Below, piece by piece: positions 1-13,030 of a stretch of DNA of 64,000 nucleotides. The notes beneath the pieces are model-generated. The model was not told where the DNA came from. It was given only the letters and a program-made list of their open reading frames with translations, and searched no databases. How positions within the stretch are numbered: position 1 is the first letter of the stretch; every line of letters begins with the position of its first letter. The stretch spans positions 18,600,001 to 18,664,000 of the forward strand of contig OZ024744.1 in NCBI GenBank assembly GCA_964016885.1, in the 5' to 3' direction. This DNA is from Eledone cirrhosa (taxonomy: Eukaryota). The translations under genes were made by a program, and so were the position numbers.

Positions 1-1409
1 TATGTCACTGTGTGCTTCTGTATGTCTATGTCACTGTGTATGTCACAGTGTGTTTCTGTATATATGTGTCTCTGTGTATGTCACTGTATCTTTGTGTATG
101 TCTGTGTCACTGTGTGTTTCTGTATGTCTGTGTCACTGTGTATGTCACTGTATGTTTGTGTGTGTCTGTGTCACTGTTTATGTCACTGTGTGTTTGTGTA
201 TGTCTGTGTCACTGTATGTTTCTGTATGTCTGTGTCACTGTGTATGTCACTGTTTGTTTCTGTATGTATGTGTCACTGTGTATGTCACCGTATGTGTGTG
301 TATGTCTGTGTCACGGTGTATGTCACTGTATCTTTGTGTATGCCTGTGTCACTGTGTATATCACTGTGTGTTTCTGTATGTCTGTGTCACTGTGTATGTC
401 ACTGTATGTTTGTGTATGCCTGTGTCACTGTGTATGTCGCTGTGTGTTTCTGTATGTCTGTGTCACTGTGTATGTCACTGTGTGTTTCTGTATGTCGGTG
501 TCACTGTGTATATCACTGTGTGTTTCAGTATATCTGTGTCTCTGTGTATGTCACTGTTTGTTTGCGTGTGTCTGTGTCACTGTGTATGTCACTGTGTGTT
601 TCTGTATGTCTGTGTGACTGTGTATGTCACTGTGTGTTTGTGTATGTCTGTGTCACTGTATGTTTCTGTATGTCTGTGTCACTGTGTATGTCACTGTGTG
701 TTTCTGTATGTATGTGTCACCGTGTATGTTACTGTATCTTTGTGTATGCCTGTGTCACTGTGTATGTTACTGTGTGTTTCTGTATGTTTGTGTCACTGTG
801 TATGTCACTAAATGTTTGTGTATGTCTGTGTCTCTGTGTATGTCACTGTGTGTTTGCGTGTGTCTGTGTCACTGTGTATGTCACTGTGTGTTTCTGTATG
901 TCTGTGTGACTGTGTATGTCACTGTTTGTTTGTGTATGTCTGTGTCACTGTGTGTGTTTCTGTATGTCTGTGTCACTGTGTATGTCATTGCATCTTTGTG
1001 TATGTCTGTCTCACTCTGTATGTCACTGTGTGTTTCTGCATGTCTGTTTCACTGTGTATGTCACTGTGTGTTTCTGTATGTCTGTGTCACGGTGTATGTC
1101 ACTGTACGTTTGTGTGTGACTGTGTCACTGTGTATGTCACTAAATGTTTGTGTGTGTCTGTGTCTCTGTGTATGTCACTGTTTGTTTGCGTGTGTCTGTG
1201 TCACTGTGTATGTCACTGTATGTTTCTGTATGTATGTGTCACCGTGTATGTCACTGTATCTTTGTGTATGCCTGTGTCACTGTGTATGTCACTGTGTGTT
1301 TCTGTATGTATGTGTCACCGTGTATGTCACTGTATCTTTGTGTATGCCTGTGTCACTGTATGTTTCTGTATGTCTGTGTCACTGTGTATGTCACTGTGTG
1401 TTTCTGTAT

Positions 1410-2166
1410 GTATGTGTCACCGTGTATGTCACTGTATCTTTGTGTATGCCTGTGTCACTGTGTATGTCACTGTGTGTTTCTGTATGTTTGTGTCACTGTG
1501 TATGTCACTAAATGTTTGTGTGTGTCTGTGTCACTGTGTATGTCACTGTTTGTTTCTGTATGTCTGTGTGACTGTGTATGTCACTGTTTGTTTGTGTATG
1601 TCTGTGTCACTGTGTGTGTTTCTGTATGTCTGTGTCACTGTGTATGTCATTGCATCTTTGTGTATGTCTGTCTCACTGTGTATGTCACTGTGTGTTTCTG
1701 CATGTCTGTGTCACTGTGTATGTCACTGTGTGTTTCTGTATGTCTGTGTCACTGTGTATGTCACTGTATGTTTCTGTATGTCTGTGTCACTTTGTATGTC
1801 ACTGTGTGTTTCTGTGTGTATGTGTCACCGTGTATGTCACTGTATCTTTGTGTATGCCTGTGTCACTGTGTATGTCACTGTGAGTTTCTGTATGTTTGTG
1901 TCACTGTGTATGTCACTAAATGTTTGTGTGTGTCTGTGTCACTGTGTATGTCACTGTGTGTTTCTGTATGTCTGTGTGACTGTGTATGTCACTGTTTGTT
2001 TGTGTATGTCTGTGTCACTGTGTGTGTTTCTGTATGTCTGTGTCACTGTGTATGTCATTGCATCTTTGTGTATGTCTGTCTCACTGTGTATGTCACTGTG
2101 TGTTTCTGCATGTCTGTGTCACTGTGTATGTCACTGTGTGTTTCTGTATGTCTGTGTCACTGTGTA
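1410..2166. repeat. Local tandem duplication, period 408 bp (10x38 + 28)
   Basis: The CACCGT, TATGCC, CACTAAATG, CATTGCATC and GTCTCAC variants recur in order at +408. ORF starts 1578 and 1986 differ by 408. Confidence 0.85.
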
Positions 2167-3190
2167 TATCACTGTGTGTTTCTGTATGTCTGTGTCACTG
2201 TCTATGTCACTGTATGTTTCTGTATGTCTGTTTCACTGTGTATGTCACTGTATATTTGTGTATGTATGTGTCACTCTGTATGTCACTGTGTGTTTCTGTA
2301 TGTCTGTGTCACTATGTATGCCACTGTATATTTGTGTTGTCTGTGTCATTGTGTATGTCACTGGGTGTTTCTGTATGTTTGTGTCACTGTGTATGACACT
2401 GTGTCTTTCTGTATGTATGTATCACTGTGTATGTCACTGTGTGTATCTGTATGTCGGTGTCACTGTGTAAGTCATTGTATCTTTGTGTATGTCTGTGGCA
2501 CTCTGTATGTCGTTGTGTGTTTCTGTATGTATGTGTCTCTGTGTATGTCACTGTATATTTGTGTATGTATGTGTCACTGTGTATGTCACTGTGAGTTTCT
2601 CTATGTCTGTGTCACTGTGTATGTCACTGTATGTCTCTGTATGTATGTGTCACTGTCTATGTCACTGTATCTTTGTGTATGTCTGTGTCACTGTGTATGT
2701 CACTGTGTGTTTCTGTATGTCTGTGTCACTGTGTATGTCACAGTTTATTTCTGTATATATGTGTCTCTGTGTATGTCACTGTAGTTTTGTGTATGTCTGT
2801 GTCACTGTGTGTTTTTGTATGTCTGTGTCACTGTGTATGTCACTGTATGTTTCTGTATGTCTGTGTCATTGTGTATGTCACTGTTTGTTTCTGTATGTAT
2901 GTGTCAGCGTGTATGTCACCGTATGTGTGTGTATGTCTGTGTCACGGTGTATGTCACTGTATCTTAGTGTATGCCTGTGTCACTGTGTATGTCACTGTGA
3001 GTTTCTGTATGTCTGTGTCTCTGTGTATGTCACTGTATCTTTGTGTATGTCTGGGTCACTGTGTATGTCACTGTATATTTGTGTATGTCTGTGTCACGGT
3101 GTATATCACTGTATGTTTGTGTATGTCTGTGTCACTGTGTATGTCACTGTGTGTTTCTGTATGTCTGTGTCACTGTGTATATCAATGTGT

Positions 3191-6100
3191 GTTTCTGTAT
3201 CTCTGTGTCACGGTGTATGTCACTGCATGTTTGTGTATGTCTGTGTGACTGTGTATGTCACTGTGTATGTCACTGTATCTTTGTGTATGTCTGTGTCACT
3301 GTGTATGTCACAGTGTGTTTCTGTATGTCTGTGTCACTGTATATGTCACTGTATGTTTCTGAATGTCTGTGTCACTGTGTATGTCACTGTGTGTTTCTGT
3401 ATGTCTGTGTCACGGTGTATGTCACTGTATGTTTGTGTGTGACTGTGTCACTGTGTATGTCACTGTGTGTTTGTGTATGTCTGTGTCACTGTAAGTTTCT
3501 GTATGTCTGTGTCACTGTGTATGTCACTGTGTGTTTCTGGATGTCTGTGTCACTGTGTATGTCATTGTATCTTTGTGTATGTCTGTGACACTGTGCATGT
3601 CACTGTATGTTTCTGTAAGTTTGTGTCACTGTGTATGTCACTGTATGTTTATGTATGTCTGTTTCACTGTGTATGTCACTGTGTCTTTATGTATGTCTGT
3701 GTCACTCTGTATGTCACTGTATATTTCTGTATGTCTGTGTCACTGTGTATGTCACTGTATGTTTATGTATGTCTGTGTCACTGTGTATGTCACTGTATGC
3801 TTCTGTATGTCTGTGTCACTGTGTATGTCACTGTATCTTTGTGTATGTCTGTGTCCCTGTGTATGTCACTGTATGTTTCTGTATGTTTGTGTCACTGTGT
3901 ATGTCACTGTGTGTTTCTGTATGTCTGTGTCACTGTGTATGTCACTGTGTGTTTCTGTATGTTTGTGTCACTGTGTATGTCACTAAATGTTTGTGTGTGT
4001 CTGTGTCTCTGTGTATGTCACTGTTTGTTTGCGTGTGTCTGTGTCACTGTGTATGTCACTGTGTGTTTCTGTATGTCTGTGTGACTGTCTATGTCACTGT
4101 GTGTTTCTGTATGTTTGTGTCACTGTGTATGTCACTAAATGTTTGTGTGTGTCTGTGTCTCTGTGTATGTCACTGTTTGTTTGCGTGTGTCTGTGTCACT
4201 GTGTATGTCACTGTATGTTTCTGTATGTCTGTGTCACTTTGTATGTCACTGTGTGTTTCTGTATGTATGTGTCACCGTGTATGTCACTGTATCTTTGTGT
4301 ATGCCTGTGTCACTGTGTATGTCACTGTGTGTTTCTGTATGTTTGTGTCACTGTGTATGTCACTAAATGTTTGTGTGTGTCTGTGTCACTGTGTATGTCA
4401 CTGTGTGTTTCTGTATGTCTGTGTGACTGTGTATGTCACTGTTTGTTTGTGTATGTCTGTGTCACTGTGTGTGTTTCTGTATGTCTGTGTCACTGTGTAT
4501 GTCATTGCATCTTTGTGTATGTCTGTCTCACTGTGTATGTCACTGTGTGTTTCTGCATGTCTGTGTCACTGTGTATGTCACTGTGTGTTTCTGTATGTCT
4601 GTGTCACTGTGTATGTCACTGTATGTTTCTGTATGTCTCTTTCACTGTGTATATCACTGTGTGTTTCTGTATGTCTGTGTCACTGTATATGTCACTGTAT
4701 CTTTGTGTATGCCTGTGTCACTGTCTATGTCACTGTATGTTTCTGTATGTATGTTTCACTGTGTATGTCACTGTATATTTGTGTATGTCTGTGTCACTCT
4801 GTATGTCACTGTGTGTTTCTGTATGTCTGTGTCACTATGTATGCCACTGTATATTTGTGTTGTCTGTGTCATTGTGTATGTCACTGGGTGTTTCTGTATG
4901 TCTGTGTCACTGTGTATGACACTGTGTCTTTCTGTATGTATGTATCACTGTGTATGTCACTGTGTGTATCTGTATGTCGGTGTCACTGTGTAAGTCATTG
5001 TATCTTTGTGTATGTCTGTGGCACTCTGTATGTCGTTATGTGTTTCTGTATGTATGTGTCTCAGTGTATGTCACTGTATATTTGTGTATGTATGTGTCAC
5101 TGTGTATGTCACTGTGAGTTTCTCTATGTCTGTGTCACTGTGTATGTCACTGTATGTCTCTGTATGTCTGTGTCACTGTCTATGTCACTGTATCTTTGTG
5201 TATGTCTGTGTCACTGTGTATGTCACTGTGTGTTTCTGTATGTCTGTGTCACTGTGTATGTCACAGTTTGTTTCTGTATATATGTGTCTCTGTGTATGTC
5301 ACTGTAGTTTTGTGTATGTCTGTGTCACTGTGTGTTTCTGTATGTCTGTGTCACTGTGTATGTCACTGTATGTTTCTGTATGTCTGTGTCACTGTGTATG
5401 TCATTGTTTGTTTCTGTATGTATGTGTCACTGTGTATGTCACCGTATGTGTGTGTATGTCTGTGTCACGGTGTATGTCACTGTATCTTAGGGTATGCCTG
5501 TGTCACTGTGTATGTCACTGTGAGTTTCTGTATGTCTGTGTCTCTGTGTATGTCACTGTATCTTTGTGCATGTATGTGTCACTGTGTATGTCACTGTATG
5601 TTTCTGTATGTCTGTGTCACTGTGTATATCAATGTGTGTTTCTGTATATCTGTGTCTCTGTGTATGTCACTGTATCTTTGTGTATGTCTGTGTCACTGTG
5701 TATGTCACTGTATATTTGTGTATGTCTGTGTCACGGTGTATATCACTGTATGTTTGTGTATGTCTGTGTCACTGTGTATGTCACTGTGTGTTTCTGTATG
5801 TCTGTGTCACTGTGTATATCAATGTGTGTTTCTGTATCTCTGTGTCACGGTGTATGTCACTGCATGTTTGTGTATGTCTGTGTGACTGTGTATGTCACTG
5901 TGTGTTTCTGTATGGCTGTGTCACTGTGTATGTCACTGTATCTTTGTGTATGTCTGTGTCACTGTGTATGTCACAGTGTGTTTCTGTATGTCTGTGTCAC
6001 TGTATATGTCACTGTATGTTTCTGAATGTCTGTGTCACTGTGTATGTCACTGTGTGTTTCTGTATGTCTGTGTCACGGTGTATGTCACTGTATGTTTGTG

Positions 6101-6300
6101 CGTGACTGTGTCACTGTGTATGTCACTGTGTGTTTGTGTATGTCTGTGTCACTGTAAGTTTCTGTATGTCTGTGTCACTGTGTATGTCACTGTGTGTTTC
6201 TGGATGTCTGTGTCACTGTGTATGTCATTGTATAATTGTGTATGTCTGTGTCACTGTGTATGTCACTGTATGTTTCTGTAAGTTTGTGTCACTGTGTATG
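3191..6300. repeat. ~3.1-kb block with a near-identical long-range copy at ~50911-54020 (offset 47,720)
   Basis: ORF start pairs 3467/51187, 3987/51707, 4433/52153, 5006/52726, 5892/53612 and 6130/53850 all differ by 47,720. The copies share the rare variants GTCGTTATG, TCATTGTTTG and CTTAGGGTATG. Confidence 0.88.
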
Positions 6301-9300
6301 TCACTGTGTGTTTCTGTATGTCTGTGTCTCTGTGTATGTCACTGTATGTTTCTGTATGTCTGTTTCACTGTGTATGTCACTGTGTCTTTATGTATGTCTG
6401 TGTCACTCTGTATGTCACTGTATATTTCTGTATGTCTGTGTCACTGTGTATATCACTGTATGTTTCTGTATGTCTGTGTCACTGTGTATGTCACTGTGTG
6501 TTTCTGTATGGCTGTGTCACTGTGTATGTCACTGTATCTTTGTGTATGTCTGTGTCACTGTGTATGTCACAGTGTGTTTCTGTATGTCTGTGTCACTGTC
6601 TATGTCACGGTATGTTTCTGAATGTCTGTGTCACTGTGTATGTCACTGTGTGTTTGTGTATGTCTGTGTCACTGTATGTTTCTGTATGTCTGTGTCACTG
6701 TGTATGTCACTGTGTGTTTCTGTATGTCTGTGTCACTGTGTATGACATTGTATCTTTGTGTATGTCTGTGTCACTGTGTATGTCACTGTATGTTTCTGTA
6801 TGTTTGTGTCACTGTGTATGTCACTGTGTGTTTCTGTATGTTTGTGTCTCTGTGTATGTCACTGTATGTTTCTGTATGTCTGTGTCACTGTGTATGTCAC
6901 TGTATGCTTCTGTATGTCTGTGTCACTGTGTATGTCACTGTATCTTTGTGTATGTCTGTGTCCCTGTGTATGTCACTGTATGTTTCTGTATGTTTGTGTC
7001 ACTGTGTATGTCACTGTGTGTTTCTGTATGTCTGTGTCACTGTGTATGTCACTGTGTGTTTCTGTATGTTTGTGTTACTGTGTATGTCACTAAATGTTTG
7101 TGTGTGTCTGTGTTTCTGTGTATGTCACTGTTTGTTTGCGTGTGTCTGTGTCACTGTGTATGTCACTGTGTGTTTCTGGATGTCACTGTGTGTTTGTGCA
7201 TGTCTGTGTCACTGTATGTTTCTGTATGTCTGTGTCACTGTGTATGTCACTGTGTGTTTCTGTATGTATGTGTCACCGTGTATGTCACTGTATCTTTGTG
7301 TATGCCTGTGTCACTGTGTATGTCACTGTGTGTTTCTGTATGTTTGTGTCACTGTGTATGTCACTAAATGTTTGTGTGTGTCTGTGTCACTGTGTATGTC
7401 ACTGTGTGTTTCTGTATGTCTGTGTGACTGTGTATGTGACTGTTTGTTTCTGCATGTCTGTGTCACTGTGTATGTCACTGTGTGTTTCTGTATGTCTGTG
7501 TCACTGTGTATGTCACTGTATGTTTCTGTATGTCTGTTTCACTGTGTATATCACTGTGTGTTTCTGTATGTCTGTGTCACTGTATATGTCACTGTATCTT
7601 TGTGTATGCCTGTGTCACTGTCTATGTCTCTGTATGTTTCTGTATGTCTGTGTCACTATGTATGCCACTGTATATTTGTGTTGTCTGTGTCATTGTATAT
7701 GTCACTGGGTGTTTCTGTATGTCTGTGTCACTGTGTATGACACTGTGTCTTTCTGTATGTATGTATCACTGTGTATGTCACTGTGTGTATCTGTATGTCT
7801 GTGTCACTGTGTAAGTCATTGTATATTTGTGTATGTCTGTGTCACTGTGTATGTCACTGTATGTTTCTGTAAGTTTGTGTCACTGTGTATGTCACTGTGT
7901 GTTTCTGTATGTCTGTGTCTCTGTGTATGTCACTGTATGTTTCTGTATGTCTGTTTCACTGTGTATGTCACTGTGTCTTTATGTATGTCTGTGTCACTCT
8001 GTATGTCACTGTATATTTCTGTATGTCTGTGTCACTGTGTATGTCACTGTATGTTTCTGTATGTTTGTGTCACTGTGTATGTCACTGTATGTTTCTGTAT
8101 GTCTGTTTCACTGTGTATGTCACTGTGTCTTTATGTATGTCTGTGTCACTCTGTATGTCACTGTACATTTCGGTATGTCTGTGTCACTGTGTATGTCACT
8201 GTATGTTTCTGTATGTCTGTGTCCATGTGTATGTCACTGTATGTTTCTGTATGTCTGTGTCACTGTGTATGTCACTGTATGTTTATGTATGTCTGTTTCA
8301 CTGTGTATGTCACTGTGTGTTTCTGTATGTCTGTGTCACTCTGTATGTCACTGTATATTTCTGTATGTCTGTGTCACTGTGTATGTCACTGTATGTTTCT
8401 GTATGTCTGTGTCACTGTGTATGTCACTGTGTGTTTCTGTATGTCTGTGTCACTGTATATGTCACTGTATCTTTGTGTATGCCTGTGTCACTGTTTATGT
8501 GACTGTATGTTTCTGTATGTCTGTTTCAGTGTGTATGTCACTGTATATTTGTGTATGTCTGTGTCACTCTGTATGTCACTGTGTGTTTCTGTATGTCTGT
8601 GTCACTATGTATGCCACTGTATGTCTGTGTTATCTGTGTCATTGTATATGTCACTGGGTGTTTCTGTATGTCTGTGTCACTGTGTATGACACTGTGTGTT
8701 TCTGTATGTATGTATCACTGTGTATGTCACTGTGTGTTTCTGTATGTCTGTGTCACTATGTAAGTCATTGTATCTTTGTGTATGTCTGTGGCACTCTGTA
8801 TGTTGTTGTGTGTTTCTGTATGTATGTGTCTCTGTGTATGTCACTGTATCTTTGTGTATGTATGTGTCACTGTGTATGTTACTGTGAGTTTATGTATGTC
8901 TGTGTCACTGTGTATGTCACTGTATGTCTATGTATGTCTGTGTCACTGTCTATGTCACTGTATCTTTGTGTATGTCTGTATCACTGTGTATGTCACTGTG
9001 TGTTTATGTATGTCTGTGTCTCTGTGTATGTCACTGTATCTTTGCGTATGTCTGCGTCACTGTGTATGTCACTGTGTGTTTCTGTATGTCTGTGTCACTG
9101 TGTATGTCACAGTGTGTTTCTGTATATCTGTGTCTCTGTGTATGTCACTGTATCTTTGTGTATGTCTGTGTCACTGTGTATGTCACTGTATGTTTCTGTA
9201 TGTATGTTTCACTGTGTATGTCACTAAATGTTTGTGTGTGTCTGTGTCTCTGTGTATGTCACTGTGTGTTTGCGAGTGTCTGTGTCACTGTGTATGTCAC

Positions 9301-9865
9301 TGTTTGTTTCTGTATGTCTGTGTGACTGTGTATGTCACTGTTTGTTTGTGTATGTCTGTGTCACTGTGTGTGTTTCTGTATGTCTGTGTCACTGTGTATG
9401 TCATTGCATCTTTGTGTATGTCTGTGTCACTCTGTATGTCACTGTGTCTTTCTGCATGTCTGTGTCACTGTGTATGTCACTGTGTGTTCCTGTATGTCTG
9501 TGTCACTGTGTATGTCACTGTGTGTTTGTGTATGTCTGTGTCACTGTATGTTTCTGTATGTCTGTGTCACAGTGTATGACATTGTATCTTTGTGTATGTC
9601 TGTGTCACTGTGTATGTCACTGTATGTTTCTGTATGTTTGTGTCACTGTGTATGTCACTGTGTGTTTCTGTATGTTTGTGTCTCTGTGTATGTCACTGTA
9701 TGTTTCTGTATGTCTGTTTCACTGTGTATGTCACTGTGTCTTTATGTATGTATGTGTCACTCTGTATGTCACTGTATATTTCTGTATGTCTGTGTCACTG
9801 TGTATGTCACTGTATGTTTCTGTATGTCTGTGTCACTGTGTATGTCACTGTATGCTTATGTATGT

Positions 9866-12800
9866 CTGTGTCACTGTGTATGTCACCGTATGTGTGTGTA
9901 TGTCTGTGTCACGGTGTATGTCACTGTATCTTAGTGTATGCCTGTGTCACTGTGTATGTCACTGTGAGTTTCTGTATGTCTGTGTCTCTGTGTATGTCAC
10001 TGTATCTTTGGGCATGTATGTGTCACTGTGTATGTCACTGTATGTTTCTGTATGTCTGTGTCACTGTGTATATCACTGTGTGTTTCTGTATATCTGTGTC
10101 TCTGTGTATGTCACTGTATCTTTGTGTATGTCTGGGTCACTGTGTATGTCACTGTATATTTGTGTATGTCTGTGTCACGGTGTATATCACTGTATGTTTG
10201 TGTATGTCTGTGTCATTGTGTATGTTACTGTGTGTTTCTGTATGTCTGTGTCACTGTGTATATCAATGTGTGTTTCTGTATCTCTGTGTCACGGTGTATG
10301 TCACTGCATGTTTGTGTATGTCTGTGTGACTGTGTATGTCACTGTGTGTTTCTGTATGGCTGTGTCACTGTGTATGTCACTGTATCTTTGTGTATGTCTG
10401 TGTCACTGTGTATGTCACAGTGTGTTTCTGTATGTCTGTGTCACTGTCTATGTCACTGTATGTTTCTGAATGTCTGTGTCACTGTGTATGTCACTGTGTG
10501 TTTCTGTATGTCTGTGTCACGGTGTATGTCACTGTATGTTTGTGTGTGACTGTGTCACTGTGTATGTCACTGTGTGTTTGTGTATGTCTGTGTCACTGTA
10601 AGTTTCTGTATGTCTGTGTCACTGTGTATGTCACTGTGTGTTTCTGGATGTCTGTGTCACTGTGTATGTCATTGTATCTTTGTGTATGTCTGTGTCACTG
10701 TGTATGTCACTGTATGTTTCTGTAAGTTTGTGTCACTGTGTATGTCACTGTGTATTTCTGTATGTCTGTGTCTCTGTGTATGTCACTGTATGTTTCTGTA
10801 TATCTGTTTCACTGTGTATGTCACTGTGTCTTTATGTATGTCTGTGTCACTCTGTATGTCACTGTATATTTCTGTATGTCTGTGTCACTGTGTATATCAC
10901 TGTATGTTTCTGTATGTCTGTGTCACTGTGTATGTGACTGTGTGTTTCTGTATGGCTGTGTCACTGTGTATGTCACAGTGTGTTTCTGTATGTCTGTGTC
11001 ACTGTCTATGTCACTGTATGTTTCTGAATGTCTGTGTCACTGTGTATGTCACTGTGTGTTTGTGTATGTCTGTGTCACTGTATGTTTCTGTATGTCTGTG
11101 TCACTGTGTATGTCACTGTGTGTTTCTGTATGTCTGTGTCACTGTGTATGTCATTGTATCTTTGTGTATGTCTGTGTCACTGTGTATGTCACTGTATGTT
11201 TCTGTAAGTTTGTGTCACTGTGTATGTCACTGTGTGTTTCTGTATGTCTGTGTCTCTGTGTATGTCACTGTATGTTTCTGTATGTCTGTTTCACTGTGTA
11301 TGTCACTGTGTCTTTATGTATGTCTGTGTCACTCTCTATGTCACTGTATATTTCTGTATGTCTGTGTCACTGTGTATATCACTGTATGTTTCTGTATGTC
11401 TGTGTCACTGTGTATGTCACTGTGTGTTTCTGTACGGCTGTGTCACTGTGTATGTCACCGTATGTGTGTGTATGTCTGTGTCACGGTGTATGTCACTGTA
11501 TCTTAGTGTATGCCTGTGTCACTGTGTATGTCACTGTGAGTTTCTGTATGTTTGTGTCTCTGTGTATGTCACTGTATCTTTGTGCATGTATGTGTCACTG
11601 TGTATGTCACTGTATGTTTCTGTATGTCTGTGTCACTGTGTATATCACTGTGTGTTTCTGTATATCTGTGTCTCTGTGTATGTCACTGTATCTTTGTGTA
11701 TGTCTGGGTCACTGTGTATGTCACTGTATATTTGTGTATGTCTGTGTCACGGTGTATATCACTGTATGTTTGTGTATGTCTGTGTCACTGTGTATGTTAC
11801 TGTGTGTTTCTGTATGTCTGTGTCACTGTGTATATCAACGTGTGTTTCTGTATCTCTGTGTCACGGTGTATGTCACTGCATGTTTATGTATGTCTGTGTG
11901 ACTGTGTATGTCACTGTGTGTTTCTGTATGGCTGTGTCACTGTGTATGTCACTGTATCTTTGTGTATGTCTGTGTCACTGTGTATGTCACAGTGTGTTTC
12001 TGTATGTCTGTGTCACTGTCTATGTCACTGTATGTTTCTGAATGTCTGTGTCACTGTGTATGTCACTGTGTGTTTCTGTATGTCTGTGTCACGGTGTATG
12101 TCACTGTATGTTTGTGTGTGACTGTGTCACTGTGTATGTCACTGTGTGTTTGTGTATGTCTGTGTCACTGTAAGTTTCTGTATGTCTGTGTCACTGTGTA
12201 TGTCACTGTGTGTTTCTGGATGTCTGTGTCACTGTGTATGTCATTGTATCTTTGTGTATGTCTGTGTCACTATGTATGTCACTGTATGTTTCTGTAAGTT
12301 TGTGTCACTGTGTATGTCACTGTGTGTTTCTGTATGTCTGTGTCTCTGTGTATGTCACTGTATGTTTCTGTATATCTGTTTCACTGTGTATGTCACTGTG
12401 TCTTTATGTATGTCTGTGTCACTCTGTATGTCACTGTATATTTCTGTATGTCTGTGTCACTGTGTATATCACTGTATGTTTCTGTATGTCTGTGTCACTG
12501 TGTATGTCACTGTGTGTTTCTGTATGGCCGTGTCACTGTGTATGTCACAGTGTGTTTCTGTATGTCTGTGTCACTGTCTATGTCACTGTATGTTTCTGAA
12601 TGTCTGTGTCACTGTGTATGTCACTGTGTGTTTGTGTATGTCTGTGTCACTGTATGTTTCTGTATGTCTGTGTCACTGTGTATGTCACTGTGTGTTTCTG
12701 TATGTCTGTGTCACTGTGTATGTCATTGTATCTTTGTGTATGTCTGTGTCACTGTGTATGTCACTGTATGTTTCTGTAAGTTTGTGTCACTGTGTATGTC

Positions 12801-13030
12801 ACTGTGTGTTTCTGTATGTCTGTGTCTCTGTGTATGTCACTGTATGTTTCTGTATGTCTGTTTCACTGTGTATGTCACTGTGTCTTTATGTATGTCTGTC
12901 TCACTCTCTATGTCACTGTATATTTCTGTATGTCTGTGTCACTGTGTATATCACTGTATGTTTCTGTATGTCTGTGTCACTGTGTATGTCACTGTGTGTT
13001 TCTGTATGGCTGTGTCACTGTGTATGTCAC
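9866..13030. repeat. Tandem duplication, period 1572 bp (40x38 + 2x26), containing a nested 482-bp duplication
   Basis: ORF pairs 10336/11908, 10574/12146 and 11220/12792 differ by 1572, and the ACCG marker lies at 9885 and 11457. Pairs 10738/11220 and 12310/12792 differ by 482. Confidence 0.9.

Noticed and set aside
1116-1128. GTGAC-TGT-GTCAC mini inverted repeat (recurrent variant)
   Set aside because: A 5-bp stem from the near-palindromic GTSAC motif is too short to be a terminator, transposon end or inversion.
2310-2316. CACTATG, resembling a Transib/ProtoRAG-type terminal heptamer, at the start of the landmark block
   Set aside because: It is a single G>A transition from the ubiquitous CACTGTG, with no paired inverted end, target-site duplication or transposase.
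5484-5494. TTAGGG telomere hexamer (also ~53207 and ~62023); TG-rich strand reminiscent of telomeric DNA
   Set aside because: These are single copies derived by point mutation from the CTTAGTG variant. There is no tandem telomeric repeat, and G-runs are too rare for G-quadruplexes. A subtelomeric location cannot be judged from this window.
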